Origin: an uncultured Chloroflexia bacterium
GTDB taxonomy: Bacteria > Chloroflexota > Anaerolineae > CG2-30-64-16
Direction: 5' to 3'
Assembly (NCBI GenBank): GCA_963810095.1
Contig: CAWEMM010000007.1
Location: forward strand, 256,001 to 320,000
Length of the DNA stretch: 64,000 nucleotides
Part shown: positions 31,365-41,914 of the stretch, piece by piece
How positions within the stretch are numbered: position 1 is the first letter of the stretch
Layout of the letters: each line of letters starts with the position of its first letter
Program-made: the position numbers and the translations under genes
Notes under the pieces: generated by a model
The model's database searches: none
The model's input: only the letters and a program-made list of their open reading frames with translations
Told to the model about the DNA's origin: nothing

Positions 31365-34300
31365 ATGTCCGCCTCCCGCTTGTCCCGCCTGCTGATTCTC
31401 GCGTGCCTTATCCTCCTGCTGCTGTGGGGGGCTGCGCTTGGCGTGCTCCTGCTCGGCCAAAGCCAGAACGAGTTTCCGACAGGCGCGGCCGTCGACGCCC
31501 GATTCTCGGCCCGCCCCGGCGTGAACCTGACGCCCGCCGACCTGGCGCCCGGTCGCCTGGACGCCGTCCTGGCGGACCTCGCCGGGCAAGGGCATCGGCT
31601 ACGCGCGCTTCACCTTGCCGTGGGACCAGGTCGAACCTGCCAAAGGGCAGTTTGCCTGGGACTCGTGGGACGCGGTCGCGGACTCGTTCGCGCGCCAACC
31701 GGGCGTGCAGCCCGTGGTCGTCCTCGACCGGTCGCCGGCGTGGGCCCGCGCTGCGGTCGATGCGAGCAATCCCGCAGCGCCCCCGCACGATCGCCGTGAC
31801 TTCGGCGCATTCGCAGCAGCAGTGGCGCAGCGCTACGGCGACCGGTTCACGTATTACCAGGTCTGGGATGAGCCAAACATCGCGCCGCATTGGGGCGCGC
31901 AGCCGGCCGACCCCGCGGACTACCTGGGTTTGCTGCGCGAGGCAGCCGTCAATCTCCGGGCCGCCGATCCCGACGCGGCCATCGTCGGCGCCGCGCTCGC
32001 GCCCACGACTGAAGGCGGCGGCGCGAATCTCAGCGATATCGCCTTCCTCGACCGGCTCTACGCGCTGGGGGGCCGCGCCTGGTTCGACTATCCAGCGGGC
32101 CAGCCTTATGGCTTTTCGGAGCCGCCCGACGCCGCCCCGAATCCCGACCACCTCGACTTTGGCCGCATCGCCCTCCTGCGCGGCGTCATGGAGCGCCACG
32201 GCGACGCAGAGACGCCGCTGTGGGCGACCGCCTTTGGCTGGAACGCCGGGGCTGACGGCACCGGCGCGGAATGGGGCGGCGTGTCAGAGGGGGAGCAAGC
32301 GACCTACACGGCAGCCGCATTTGCACGGGCGCGGCGCGAGTGGCCGTGGCTGGGACCGCTCTTGTGGACGGACAAGTTCGACATGGCCCCAACCACGGCC
32401 GGTGTGCTCGCCGAGGCTGCAGCGCCCGCAAAGGTCCTGGGACCGGGCCGGCACGCGGTCGACAACGCCGCGCTGAGTTACCAGGGCTGGCGCGTGACTC
32501 CATCTGGCGGCCGACCCCAGCGCGGACGGCGACACGCTAACGTTCGACTTCACGGGCACGGGCGCAGCGCTCCAGGTTCAGGGCGGGCCTTACTGGGCTT
32601 ACCTCACCGCCTCCGTCGACGGCGGCCCCGCGAACCGGCTGCCGCGGGACGAGTCCGGTGCGAGCAACCTGGTCCTCTATGATCCGGGCGGCGCCACTCG
32701 CACGGTCCCGCTGGCCTCCGGCCTGGCGCCCGGACTGCATACGGTGCAACTGACAGCGCACGGCGGCTGGGGACAGTGGCCGCTGCGGGCGGTGGTCGTT
32801 GCAGGCGACACGGCGGTGGGCCGGGCAGGACGCCTCGGCCTCGGCCTGCTGGCGCTGGCACTGGTCGCAACATTCGTCACGGCCGGCCTGGCCTTCTTCT
32901 TGTGGCGAAGGCGGCGCCCGGCCCACGCGGAGCAAGTCCGACCCGTTTTTGAGGCAACCGCCGAGGAAGAGCGGCCGCGTTCTCGCTCTGAGCGCGTCGC
33001 GAGCGCCGCCACCTGGATACTGGCGGGTGGGCTGTGCGTCCTGTTCCTGCTCTCCAACTCGGGCGTCGTCAACTTCGCGCTGCTCGGCCTGCTTGGGCTC
33101 CTCTTCCTGGCGCGGCCCGAGCTTGCCCCGCCTCTCATTGCGGCGAGCTTGCCCTTCTGGCAGCGCACGCAGCCCGTCCTGCGCTGGCAGTTTGGCCTGT
33201 TCGAGGCGCTCGCCTGGATCGCGCTCCTGGCGTGGATGGCCCGGGGCGTGCTGGCCTGGGTCCTGACCGGCGCGGGCCCGGGCCTCGCCCGCCGTGCGGC
33301 CCTCACAGCAAACCGGGGCAGGTTGGCGCTCTTGCTTGACATAAGCGCAGTTGCGCTGTTTGCCTCAGGGCTGCTTGCAACCGTGCTGGCGGCAGAGCAG
33401 GGCGTCGCGTGGCGCGAGTTTCGCATCGTGTTCCTCTTCGGCCTCGTGCTGTACCTCCTGATCACCAGGTCAGGGCGCGGGACGTTTCGCAGTCGTGCCG
33501 GCCCGCTCGTCTTGGGCCTGCTCGCCGGCGCGACCGTGGCCAGCCTCGCCGGGCTGTGGCAGTTCGTGTCGGGGCAGGGCCGGGTGAATGTCGAGGGCGT
33601 GGGCCGCATCGCGGGCTTTTACGGGTCACCGAACAACCTCGCCCTGATCCTGGACCGGGCCGTCCCGCTGGCCGCTGCGCTGGCGCTGTTTGGCGTCGTC
33701 TTCTGGCGTCCAGGCGGAAGCGCAGCTCGGACCATGCGCTGGGTGTTTGCCGTGGTGGCTGCGATCACGCTGGCGGCTGCCGTCGCTACGTTTAGCAAGG
33801 GCGCGCTGCTGTTGGGCTTGCCCGTCGGGCTGGCTGTCGTGCTGGTGGGCGGCGCGTGGCGCAGCCGGCGGCGCTGGCCACTCCTGGTGCTGTTGATCCT
33901 CCTGGTCGCCGGCGGACTGGTGTTGGCGGTCCTCTTCCGCACGCCCCGCTTCGCCGATTTGTTCAACTTTGCCGGGGGCACCAGTTTCTTCCGCCTTAAG
34001 CTGTGGCGGGGCGCGCTCAACATGGGTCTCGACCACCCCCTGCTGGGCGTGGGCCCCGATAACTTCCTGTACGCCTATCGCACGCGCTACGTCTTGCCCT
34101 CCGGCTGGCAGGAGCTCAACCTGAGCCACCCACACAACTTGGTGCTTGATCTCTGGACGCGGTTGGGTCTGGTGGGGGTGGTCGCGGGGCTTTTCAGCCT
34201 GGCCGTGGCCTTCGCGGCCGGGTGGCGGGGGTTCGTCGGCGGGCGGGGGTTGGAGCGCGAAGACCGCGAGGGTCGGGACAAGGGCCCGCGGGCTACACTC

Positions 34301-34504
34301 TGGCCGCTGATGCTGGGGCTGCTCGGCGGGTTGGCGGCCGCGGTCGCGCACGGCTTGATCGACAACTCCCTCTTCCTGCCCGACTTGATGGGCTGGTTCG
34401 TCGCGGCCCAAGCCATCTTCTGGCTCTATGCCGCGGAGGAAGGGCCGTCGTTCGGCCCACCTCCGAATCGTGAGCATCCCGGTCAGAATCGAGGTCAGGC
34501 ATGA
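31365..34504 (+). CDS. Membrane protein: GH39/GH5-like (beta/alpha)8 domain, beta-sandwich, and O-antigen ligase (Wzy_C)-like domain. Frameshifts near 31590 and 32505.
   Basis: [33 protein letters not shown] (ORF 31615..). [50 protein letters not shown] (ORF 32744..34504). Confidence 0.75.
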
Positions 34505-35430
34505 GAGTACTGGTGACAGGCGGCGCGGGCTTCATTGGGTCGCACCTGTGCGAGCGGCTGCTGGGCGACGGACATGATGTGGTCGCGATGGACAACCTCA
34601 TTACGGGGTCGACCGATAACATCACGCACCTTGCCGGCGAGCGGCGCTTCCGGTTCATCCACCACGATGTGACCGACTACATTTACATCCCGGGCGATCT
34701 CGACGCCGTCATGCACCTGGCCTCGCCCGCCAGCCCCGTCGACTTCGCGCGCATCCCGATCCAGATCCTCAAAGTGGGGTCGCTGGGCACGCACAACGCG
34801 CTCGGGCTCGCGCTGGCCAAGGGTGCACGCTTTCTCCTGGCCTCCACCTCCGAGGTCTACGGCGATCCGTTGGTGCACCCCCAGCCCGAAAGCTACTGGG
34901 GCAACGTCAACCCTATCGGCGTCCGCGGGGTGTACGACGAGGCCAAGCGCTTTGCCGAGGCCATCACCATGGCCTATCACCGCATCCACGGCGTCGACAC
35001 CCGCATCATCCGCATCTTCAACACCTACGGCCCGCGGATGCGCCTGGACGACGGCCGGGTGGTGCCCAATTTCATCACCCAGGCGCTGCGCCGCGAGCCG
35101 ATTACCGTGTACGGCGACGGTTCGCAAACCCGTTCGTTCTGCTACGTTTCCGACCTGGTCGACGGCATGGTCCGCCTGCTGCTCTCAGGCGAGCTCAACC
35201 CGGTCAATGTGGGGAATCCGACGGAGACCTCGGTGCTGACCTTTGCGGAGACGGTCAACCGGCTGACGGGCAGCGCGGCCGGCATCGAGTTCCGCCCACT
35301 GCCTGAGGACGACCCCAAGCAGCGGCGGCCCGACATCACCCGGGCGCGCGCCATTCTCGCCTGGGAGCCGCAGGTCAGCCTGGACGACGGGCTCTCACGC
35401 ACCATTTACGACTTCGAGCAGCGGGTTTGA
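34501..35430 (+). CDS. UDP-glucuronate decarboxylase family NAD-dependent epimerase/dehydratase
   Basis: [52 protein letters not shown]. Confidence 0.93.
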   Translation: MRVLVTGGAGFIGSHLCERLLGDGHDVVAMDNLITGSTDNITHLAGERRFRFIHHDVTDYIYIPGDLDAVMHLASPASPVDFARIPIQILKVGSLGTHNALGLALAKGARFLLASTSEVYGDPLVHPQPESYWGNVNPIGVRGVYDEAKRFAEAITMAYHRIHGVDTRIIRIFNTYGPRMRLDDGRVVPNFITQALRREPITVYGDGSQTRSFCYVSDLVDGMVRLLLSGELNPVNVGNPTETSVLTFAETVNRLTGSAAGIEFRPLPEDDPKQRRPDITRARAILAWEPQVSLDDGLSRTIYDFEQRV

Positions 35431-35449
35431 ACAACGCATGGGCATGGGG

Positions 35450-37553
35450 CTAATCCACGATCACCGGCAGGTACAGCCGCGTCCCGCCCGGCTCGGCGGG
35501 CACGGGCGTCCAGGTTGCCGCCGGCTCCGGCGTGTTCGTCGCGGTGGGTGTGACAGACGGTGCAGGCGTCGCGGTTGGCGTTCCGGTTGCGACGAGCGGC
35601 CGGGCGTAGCTCACGACCAGCCGGGCGGCGAACTGCGGATCTGCATCGAAGGCGGCCCACGTCGTATAGTTCGCCGAAACGGGGTCAAGGAAGAGCGCCA
35701 GGTTGTTCCCCGGCCACCATCCAGGCGTGTCGACGATCTCCTGGATCACCCCGGCAATGTCGGGCGACGCAACCCACCCGTACTCGGGCTTTGCGATCTC
35801 CCATTGCCGGCTCGCCTGGGTGCGCGGCCGGCTGTTGATGTCGGCACTGCCCGGCCCGAAGTCGTCCGCCTGGTGGCCGGCCTCCCCTCGGATGGTGAGG
35901 GTCACGGGGCCGGCCTGATATTTCTGGACGAGCTCCAGGTGCGCGGCCGTGATCTCGGCCTCTCGCGGCAGCGCTACGTGCCGGAACAAGAACCCACCGC
36001 TGTAGCGCGACGCGCCGTCCGCGCTCGCCCCCGTCGTTACGGTGTCTGAGCTCGGATACATCTTCCCCGGCTCGACGAGCTCGTACGCGTCGTCGACCCC
36101 GCGGCCGACCGCGCTCCGCACGATCTCGACCGTTGCGGCCCGGCCGGCGAAGAGAAACACGGCGCCTTCGTTGCTCTCGGGGTGGTCGTACAAGTAGGCT
36201 CCCACCAGCACGTCGTCGTAGCCATCGCCGTTCACATCCCCCGCTCTGTTCACATAACCGAACTCCGCGCCCGCCTGGTCCCCGTACGCGCTCCACGACG
36301 GTGACTTCGCCAGCCCGGCCGGCGAACCCAGATACAGGAATGCAGCGCCCGCATCGTAACCCGCGTCCGAGTCGTAGCTGCTGGCGCCCACGACGACATC
36401 ATCATATCCATCGCCGTTGACGTCCCCTGCAGTCCCGTTTGTCAAGCCGAACCACGCGCCCGGCCAGCCGCCCTCGACGTCCCAACTCGGTTGCGCGGGC
36501 AAGCCCGCTCGGCTGCCGTAGAACACCAGGCTGCGGCCCTGATCGGGCAGCCAGGCGTGCCACCGGTTGACGTCCATGATGAGGTCATCGAACCCGTCGC
36601 CGTTCACGTCGCCGGCCGTGCCCACGCTCATGCCCGCCGACGCATAGGGCTGGCCCGACAGGTAGGTCCAGGCCGGCTCCCGTTGCAGCCCCTCGGCGGC
36701 GCCCAAGAACAGCGAAACCTTGCCCTGGTAGAAGATACCGCCGCTGTACCAGCGCTCGCCGGCCGCGAGGTCATCATAGCCGTCGCCATTAACGTCGCCG
36801 GCCGTCCCCGCGACCGTCCCAAAGCGGGAGTCGGTCTCCGCGCCGAATGCGGTCCAGCTTGGCTCTGCGGCCGCGCCCGCCGGCGAGCCATAATACACGA
36901 AGAGCGCAGACTGGTTTGGCAGCGCAGCATCGTAGAGCAGCGCACCGACGAACGCATCCTCATAGCCGTCGCCGTTCACGTCGCCGGCCGTGCCCACCGA
37001 CTGGCCGAACAGCGCGACGTCCTGGTCGATCTCCGCGGTCCAGCCCGGCTCGGCCGCCGGCCCCGCGGCCCCGCCGTAGTAGATCCAGGCGCGACCCTCG
37101 TCGACCTTGTCGCCGTCGTAGTAGCTTGCGCCGACGATGACGTCGGAGTAACCGTCCGCGTTGAAGTCGCCTGCACCCAGGCTCTGCCACCGGCCGCCGA
37201 AGCGGGCGCCCGCCTGGTTGCCCTCCGCGTGCCAGCCCGGGTCCCGGCTCAGCCCCTGTGCCGAGCCGTAGTACACGAACACCGCGCCTTCTTCTGCCTC
37301 CGGGTTCGAGTACCGGTCTGCGCCGATCGCGACGTCGGCATACCCGTCGCCGTTGAAATCGCCTGCGGCCGAGTAGCCCGCGCGGCGCGTCCGCCTGGCC
37401 GCCTTCCGCCGACCAAACGGGCGCAGACGAGAGGGGTTGAAACGGCGCCGGGGTGACGACTTGCCGAGCGGGCCCGGCGGTCACCCCTGGAGCGAGAGCG
37501 AGGAGCCCGGCCACGAGGACGACTGCGAGAAGGGGGACGAGTTTCGTCGACAT
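35450..37553 (-). CDS. Secreted integrin-alpha-like FG-GAP beta-propeller protein with C-terminal beta domain, PT linker and LYLPVI tail. Frameshift near 37375.
   Basis: Seven (A)GDxNGDG(Y/F)xD repeats; signal peptide MSTKLVPLLAVVLVAG; ends RLYLPVIVD. Confidence 0.88.
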
Positions 37554-37784
37554 CGACGCACTCCCATTTTGCGCATCGGCGTTGTTGCAGCCGCATTCAC
37601 GAATACCCGTGCACCACGTGTATCACGCCGATATGAACATCCCGTGAAAAGTGCGGCCGAGATTCATGACAGTCGGGGCTCACGAGCCTCGTGCACAGGT
37701 AAAAACTCGAGCCGCACCCCCTACATTGACCGTGGCCGCGTCAGGGGGTGTAGAATAGCGGGACCCTGCTTCTTACGGAGCTCC

Positions 37785-39103
37785 ATGGTCGCCGAAACAC
37801 CCTCGCTCACGCTGCGGTCCGTCGTCCGCACGTGGTGGCCCCTGGCTGCCAGCTGGCTGCTCATGGGCGCGGAAGGCCCGGCCATCAGCGCCGTCATCGC
37901 GCGCCTGAGCCAACCCACGTATCAACCTGGCCGCCTACGGCGGCGTGGTCTTTCCGCTCGCGCTCATCATCGAGTCGCCCATCATCATGCTGCTGTCGGC
38001 CTCGGTGGCGCTGAGCAAGGATTGGGCTTCGTACCGCCTGGTCCGCACCTACATGATGGTCGCGGGCGCGTCGCTGACCGCGCTGCACACGCTCATCGTG
38101 TTCACGCCGCTGTACTACGTCGTCGTGCGTGGCATCCTGGGCGCACCCGAGGCGATCGTCGAGCCGGCGCGCATCGGCCTCGCGATCATGCTCCCCTGGA
38201 CCTGGACGATCGCGTACCGCCGCTTCAACCAGGGCGTGCTGATCCGCTTCGGGCATTCACGGGCGGTGGGCGCGGGCACGATCGTGCGCCTCAGTGCCGA
38301 CCTCATCGTGCTCGCGGCCGGGCTCGCCATCGGCACGGTGCCCGGCATCGTCGTGGCCACGCTCGCCGTGGCCAGCGGCGTGACGAGCGAGGCCATCTTC
38401 GCGGGCATCAGGGTGCAGCCGGTGCTCCGAAACGAACTGGCCGTCGCACCGGTCGTGAAGCCGCCGCTGACCTGGCCCGCGTTCTTTGTCTTCTACTTCC
38501 CGCTCGTCCTCACGTCGCTGCTCGGCTTGATCGCTCAGCCCATGGGCAGCGCCGCGCTGAGCCGCATGCCCGACCCGCTGTCGTCGCTCGCGGTGTGGCC
38601 GGTCGTGACAGGGCTCGTCTTCATGGTGCGCGGGCTCGGCATTGCGTTCAACGAGGTCGTGGTCGCGCTGTTGGACGAGCCCGGCGCCCGCCCCGTCTTG
38701 CGCCGGTTCACGCTGCATCCTCAGCGTGGCAACGACCGCGATCCTCCTCCTGCTGGCTGCAACGCCTCTCAGCTACTGGTGGTTTGCCGTCGTGTCGGCC
38801 CTGCCGGCCGACCTCGTCGCTATGGCAGTCGTGGCAATCTGGCTGGCGCTGCCCATGCCGGCGCTCAGCACCTTGTTAAGCTGGTTCCAGGGCCAACTGC
38901 TGCACAGCCGCCGCACGCGCGGCATCACCGAGTCGGTCGTCATCTTTCTCGCTCTGAGCATCGCAATCCTGGTCGGGGGCGTCGCGTCCGGGGCGTTCAC
39001 CGGTCTGTACGTCGGGATCGTCGCGCTGGTGCTGGCGACGGCGGGCCAAACCGTGTGGCTGTGGGTGCGGGCGCGGGGCGCGGCCAGGCCTGAACCGATC
39101 TGA
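37785..39103 (+). CDS. MATE-like multi-pass membrane protein. Frameshifts near 37920 and 38715.
   Basis: WWPLAASWLLMGAEGP, ESPIIMLL..SVAL, RRFNQGVLIR, FYFPL, WFQG.L; two internal repeats typical of the MATE/ANKH-like fold. Confidence 0.7.
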
Positions 39104-39199
39104 AATGGGACACTGATGCAACTGATCGAACTGATCGGCGCTGTCCTATGGGTAAAGAACCGTGATAGTCAGTCCGATCCGTTCAATCAGTGTCCTATT
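39104..39199. repeat. Palindromic intergenic element (CTGATTGAACTGAT family)
   Basis: 31-bp inverted repeat with 5 mismatches (39104-39134 / 39169-39199) between convergent genes. Confidence 0.75.
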
Positions 39200-39216
39200 C
39201 CTTCCGCTGAGGCGAG

Positions 39217-40475
39217 CTACGCCCAGCGTTTGATAAGTAGTGCAGCGTTCTGGCCCCCGAAGCCGAATGCGTTGGCCATGGCATACCGCACGTCTGCTTC
39301 CCGTGCGGTGTTGGGGACGTAGTCGAGGTCGCACTGGGGATCGGGGTTGGCGTAGTTGATGGTCGGTGGAATGATGCTCGTTCGCGTAGCCAGCACCGAC
39401 GCAATGACCGACAGCGCGCCGGCCGCGCCGAGCATGTGCCCCAGGCCGCCCTTGATCGAACTGGCCGGCAATCGGTAAGCATCTTCGCCGAAGAGGCGCT
39501 TGATCGCCACCGTCTCCGCAAGGTCATTGAGCTGCGTACCGGTGCCGTGCGCGCAGATCCAGCCCAGGTCTGCCGCCGCGAGCCCCTCGCCGGCCAGTGC
39601 GAGGCGCATGGCCGCGGCCGCACCCTTGCCTTCCGGATCGGGCGCCGCCAGGTGATAGGCGTCCGACGTCAGCCCGTAGCCGGCGATCTCGGCCAGGATC
39701 TCGGCGCCGCGGGCCTGGGCGTGCTGCAGCGTCTCGAGCACCACGACGCCGGCACCTTCGCCCACGACGGTTCCGTCCCGGTCCGCCGAAAACGGCGCGC
39801 ACGCCTTCTCGGGCGCGTCGTTCTTCGCCGAGAGCGCGCCCAGTCGGCCAAACCCGACGATCGCCAAGGGCGTGAGGATGCTGTCGGCCCCCCCGGCAAG
39901 CATGATGTCGGCCTCGCCGTGCACGCAGCCGCCGGTACGCCTCGCCGATGGCAACCACACCCGTTGCACACGCAGCCACGGGCACGCTGAGCGGACCGTG
40001 CAGCCCGTACCGGATCGCGATCGCGCTCGCGCCCGAGTTGATAAGAATCGCCGTGATCAGGCTGGGGTTGACCGCCCGGGGCCCGCGCTTGTCGAGCACG
40101 AGCCGCTGTTCTTCGATCAGTTCCGCGCCGCCCGAGCGCGCTGCCCACTTCGACGCCGCACCGCGCCGTGTCCTCCCGGGTGAAGTCGAGCCCAGACTGC
40201 CTCACCGCCTGGGTCGCCGCCGCGACGCCGTACTGGATGAACCGGGAAAGCCGCCTTGCTTCCTTCGGGTCCAGGTATTCGCCCGGATCGAAGCCCTGCA
40301 CGTTCGCCGCGATACGGGTGCTCAGTGCGCTGGCGTCGAACGCGGTGATGGGCCGCACGCCCGAACGCCCTGCGACCAACCCCTGCCACGTGCGCTCGAC
40401 GTCGTTGCCCAGCGGCGTGATCGCGCCCAGCCCCGTTACGACAACCCACGTTCGTCCATCGCCTGTCTGCATCAT
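39217..40475 (-). CDS. fabF: Beta-ketoacyl-ACP synthase II. Frameshifts near 40130 and 39925.
   Basis: VVVTGLGAITPLGN, AACATG (catalytic Cys), GEGAGVVVLE, DAYH, AHGTGT..ND, GHMLGAAG, NAFGFGGQN. Confidence 0.93.
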
Positions 40476-40500
40476 TCACCGTCCTGGTATGGATAAGCCT

Positions 40501-40575
40501 CACCACAAAGACACGAAGTCACTAAGAAATGCGATGTGACCGCCGTGGCGAGTCGTGTCTTTGCGCCTTTGTGGT
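40501..40575. repeat. Palindromic element built from octamer RCRCRAAG units
   Basis: ACCACAAAG-ACACGAAG-TCACTAAG ... CGTGT-CTTTGCGC-CTTTGTGGT. Confidence 0.65.
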
Positions 40576-40662
40576 TCATTGCTATTCCCGCGTGCGCCGT
40601 TCCTTGTGGTAACATGCGTCTGTTCGTCAGACCCGCCGCTGCTTCAAAGAAGAGGAGCACCC

Positions 40663-41865
40663 ATGTCCCAACGACCCTTCCCCTGGGCCCGCACGTTCAT
40701 CCTTGGTTTCGGCTTCTTCGGCATCAGCATCATCTGGCCGCTGTTCAACAGCCTCATCCCGCCCATGCTCAAGGAACTCGGCCTGACCGCGGGCGTGATC
40801 GGGTTTATCCTCACGTGGGACAATCTGATCAACATGTTCTTCCAGCCCTGGGTCGGCAGTCGCTCGGACCGCACGCAGACCCGTTTCGGCAGGCGCAAGC
40901 CGTGGTTGATGGTCGGCGCGCCCCTGGCCGCCCTCTTCTTCATCCTGGTGCCGTTCGTGCGCGATAACTTCATTCTGATCGCGCTTGCGATCCTGGGCAC
41001 TAATATCGGCATGGCGCTTTTTCGCTCCCCGACCATCGCCTACCTCGGCGATCTCTTCGAGCCGGGCGAGCGCAGCAAGGCCAACGGTGTGATCAACCTG
41101 ATGGGCGGCGTGGGCGGCGCCATCGCCCTCTTCGCCGGCGGCGCGCTCTACAAGATCGGCGTGCCCCTGCCGTTCATCGTCGGCGCCGGCGTCATGCTGA
41201 TCGCCATCGCCGTCGTCGTGGCCTTGGTCAAGGAGCCGCCCACGTCGCCCGCGGCCATCGAGAAAGAACCGGGCCTGTGGGAGAATGTGCGGCAGGTTGT
41301 CCGGAACCAGGACCGCAGCGGCCTGTTTTTGCTGGCCGCGATCTTTGCCTGGTTCGTGGGCTGGAACGCCACCGAGGCTTTCTTCACGCTCTACGCCAAC
41401 GAGATCCTCGGCGTTAGCGTCGGCACAGGCACACAGATGCTCACAGCCTTTGCCGGGGCATTGATCATCTTCGCCATCCCGTCCGGCCTGATCGCCACGA
41501 AGGTCGGGCGCAAGCCGACCATCATCACCGGGCTTATCGGCATGACTGCCGGCGTGCTGGTTGCGGCCACCATGCGGAATCCGACGATCCTGCTCGGCGT
41601 GCTGGCGGTCATGGGCGCGTTCTGGGCCCTGGTGAACATCAACTCGCTGCCGATGGTGTACGATCTGGCGAAAGGCGGCGCGATCGGCTCGTACACTGGC
41701 CTCTACTATTTCGCCTCGTCTGCCGCGGCCATCACCGGGCCCATCGTCGCCGGCTGGTTGATCGACCGCACGACTTACGCCGCCATCTGGCCGTTCACCG
41801 CGGTGTTCCTCGTGCTGGCAGTCGTCTTCATGCTGTTGGTGAAGCCGAGTAGAACGCAGAGCTAG
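40663..41865 (+). CDS. MFS transporter (SLC45/MalT-like sugar permease)
   Basis: GFGFFGISIIWPLFN, GSRSDRTQTRFGRRKPW, RSKANGVINLMGG, NINSLPMV, GSYTGLYY. Confidence 0.9.
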   Translation: MSQRPFPWARTFILGFGFFGISIIWPLFNSLIPPMLKELGLTAGVIGFILTWDNLINMFFQPWVGSRSDRTQTRFGRRKPWLMVGAPLAALFFILVPFVRDNFILIALAILGTNIGMALFRSPTIAYLGDLFEPGERSKANGVINLMGGVGGAIALFAGGALYKIGVPLPFIVGAGVMLIAIAVVVALVKEPPTSPAAIEKEPGLWENVRQVVRNQDRSGLFLLAAIFAWFVGWNATEAFFTLYANEILGVSVGTGTQMLTAFAGALIIFAIPSGLIATKVGRKPTIITGLIGMTAGVLVAATMRNPTILLGVLAVMGAFWALVNINSLPMVYDLAKGGAIGSYTGLYYFASSAAAITGPIVAGWLIDRTTYAAIWPFTAVFLVLAVVFMLLVKPSRTQS

Positions 41866-41867
41866 TC

Positions 41868-41914
41868 GATTGAGCTGATCGGCATGATCTGCCTAGTCAT
41901 CCGATCAGCTAATC
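41868..41914. repeat. Palindromic element (CTGAT family) overlapping the lysA-dapF stop
   Basis: GATTGAGCTGATCGG ... CCGATCAGCTAATC. Confidence 0.6.

Noticed and set aside
36000-37360. DNA repeats CCGTCGCCGTTCACGTCGCCGGCC as a repeat element
   Set aside because: They simply encode the FG-GAP (GDVNGDG) protein repeats.
37625-37665. Shared ATGAACAT/TTCAC motif upstream of the FG-GAP and beta-helix genes (also ~58860) as a common operator
   Set aside because: The match is too short and the spacing inconsistent to support by eye.
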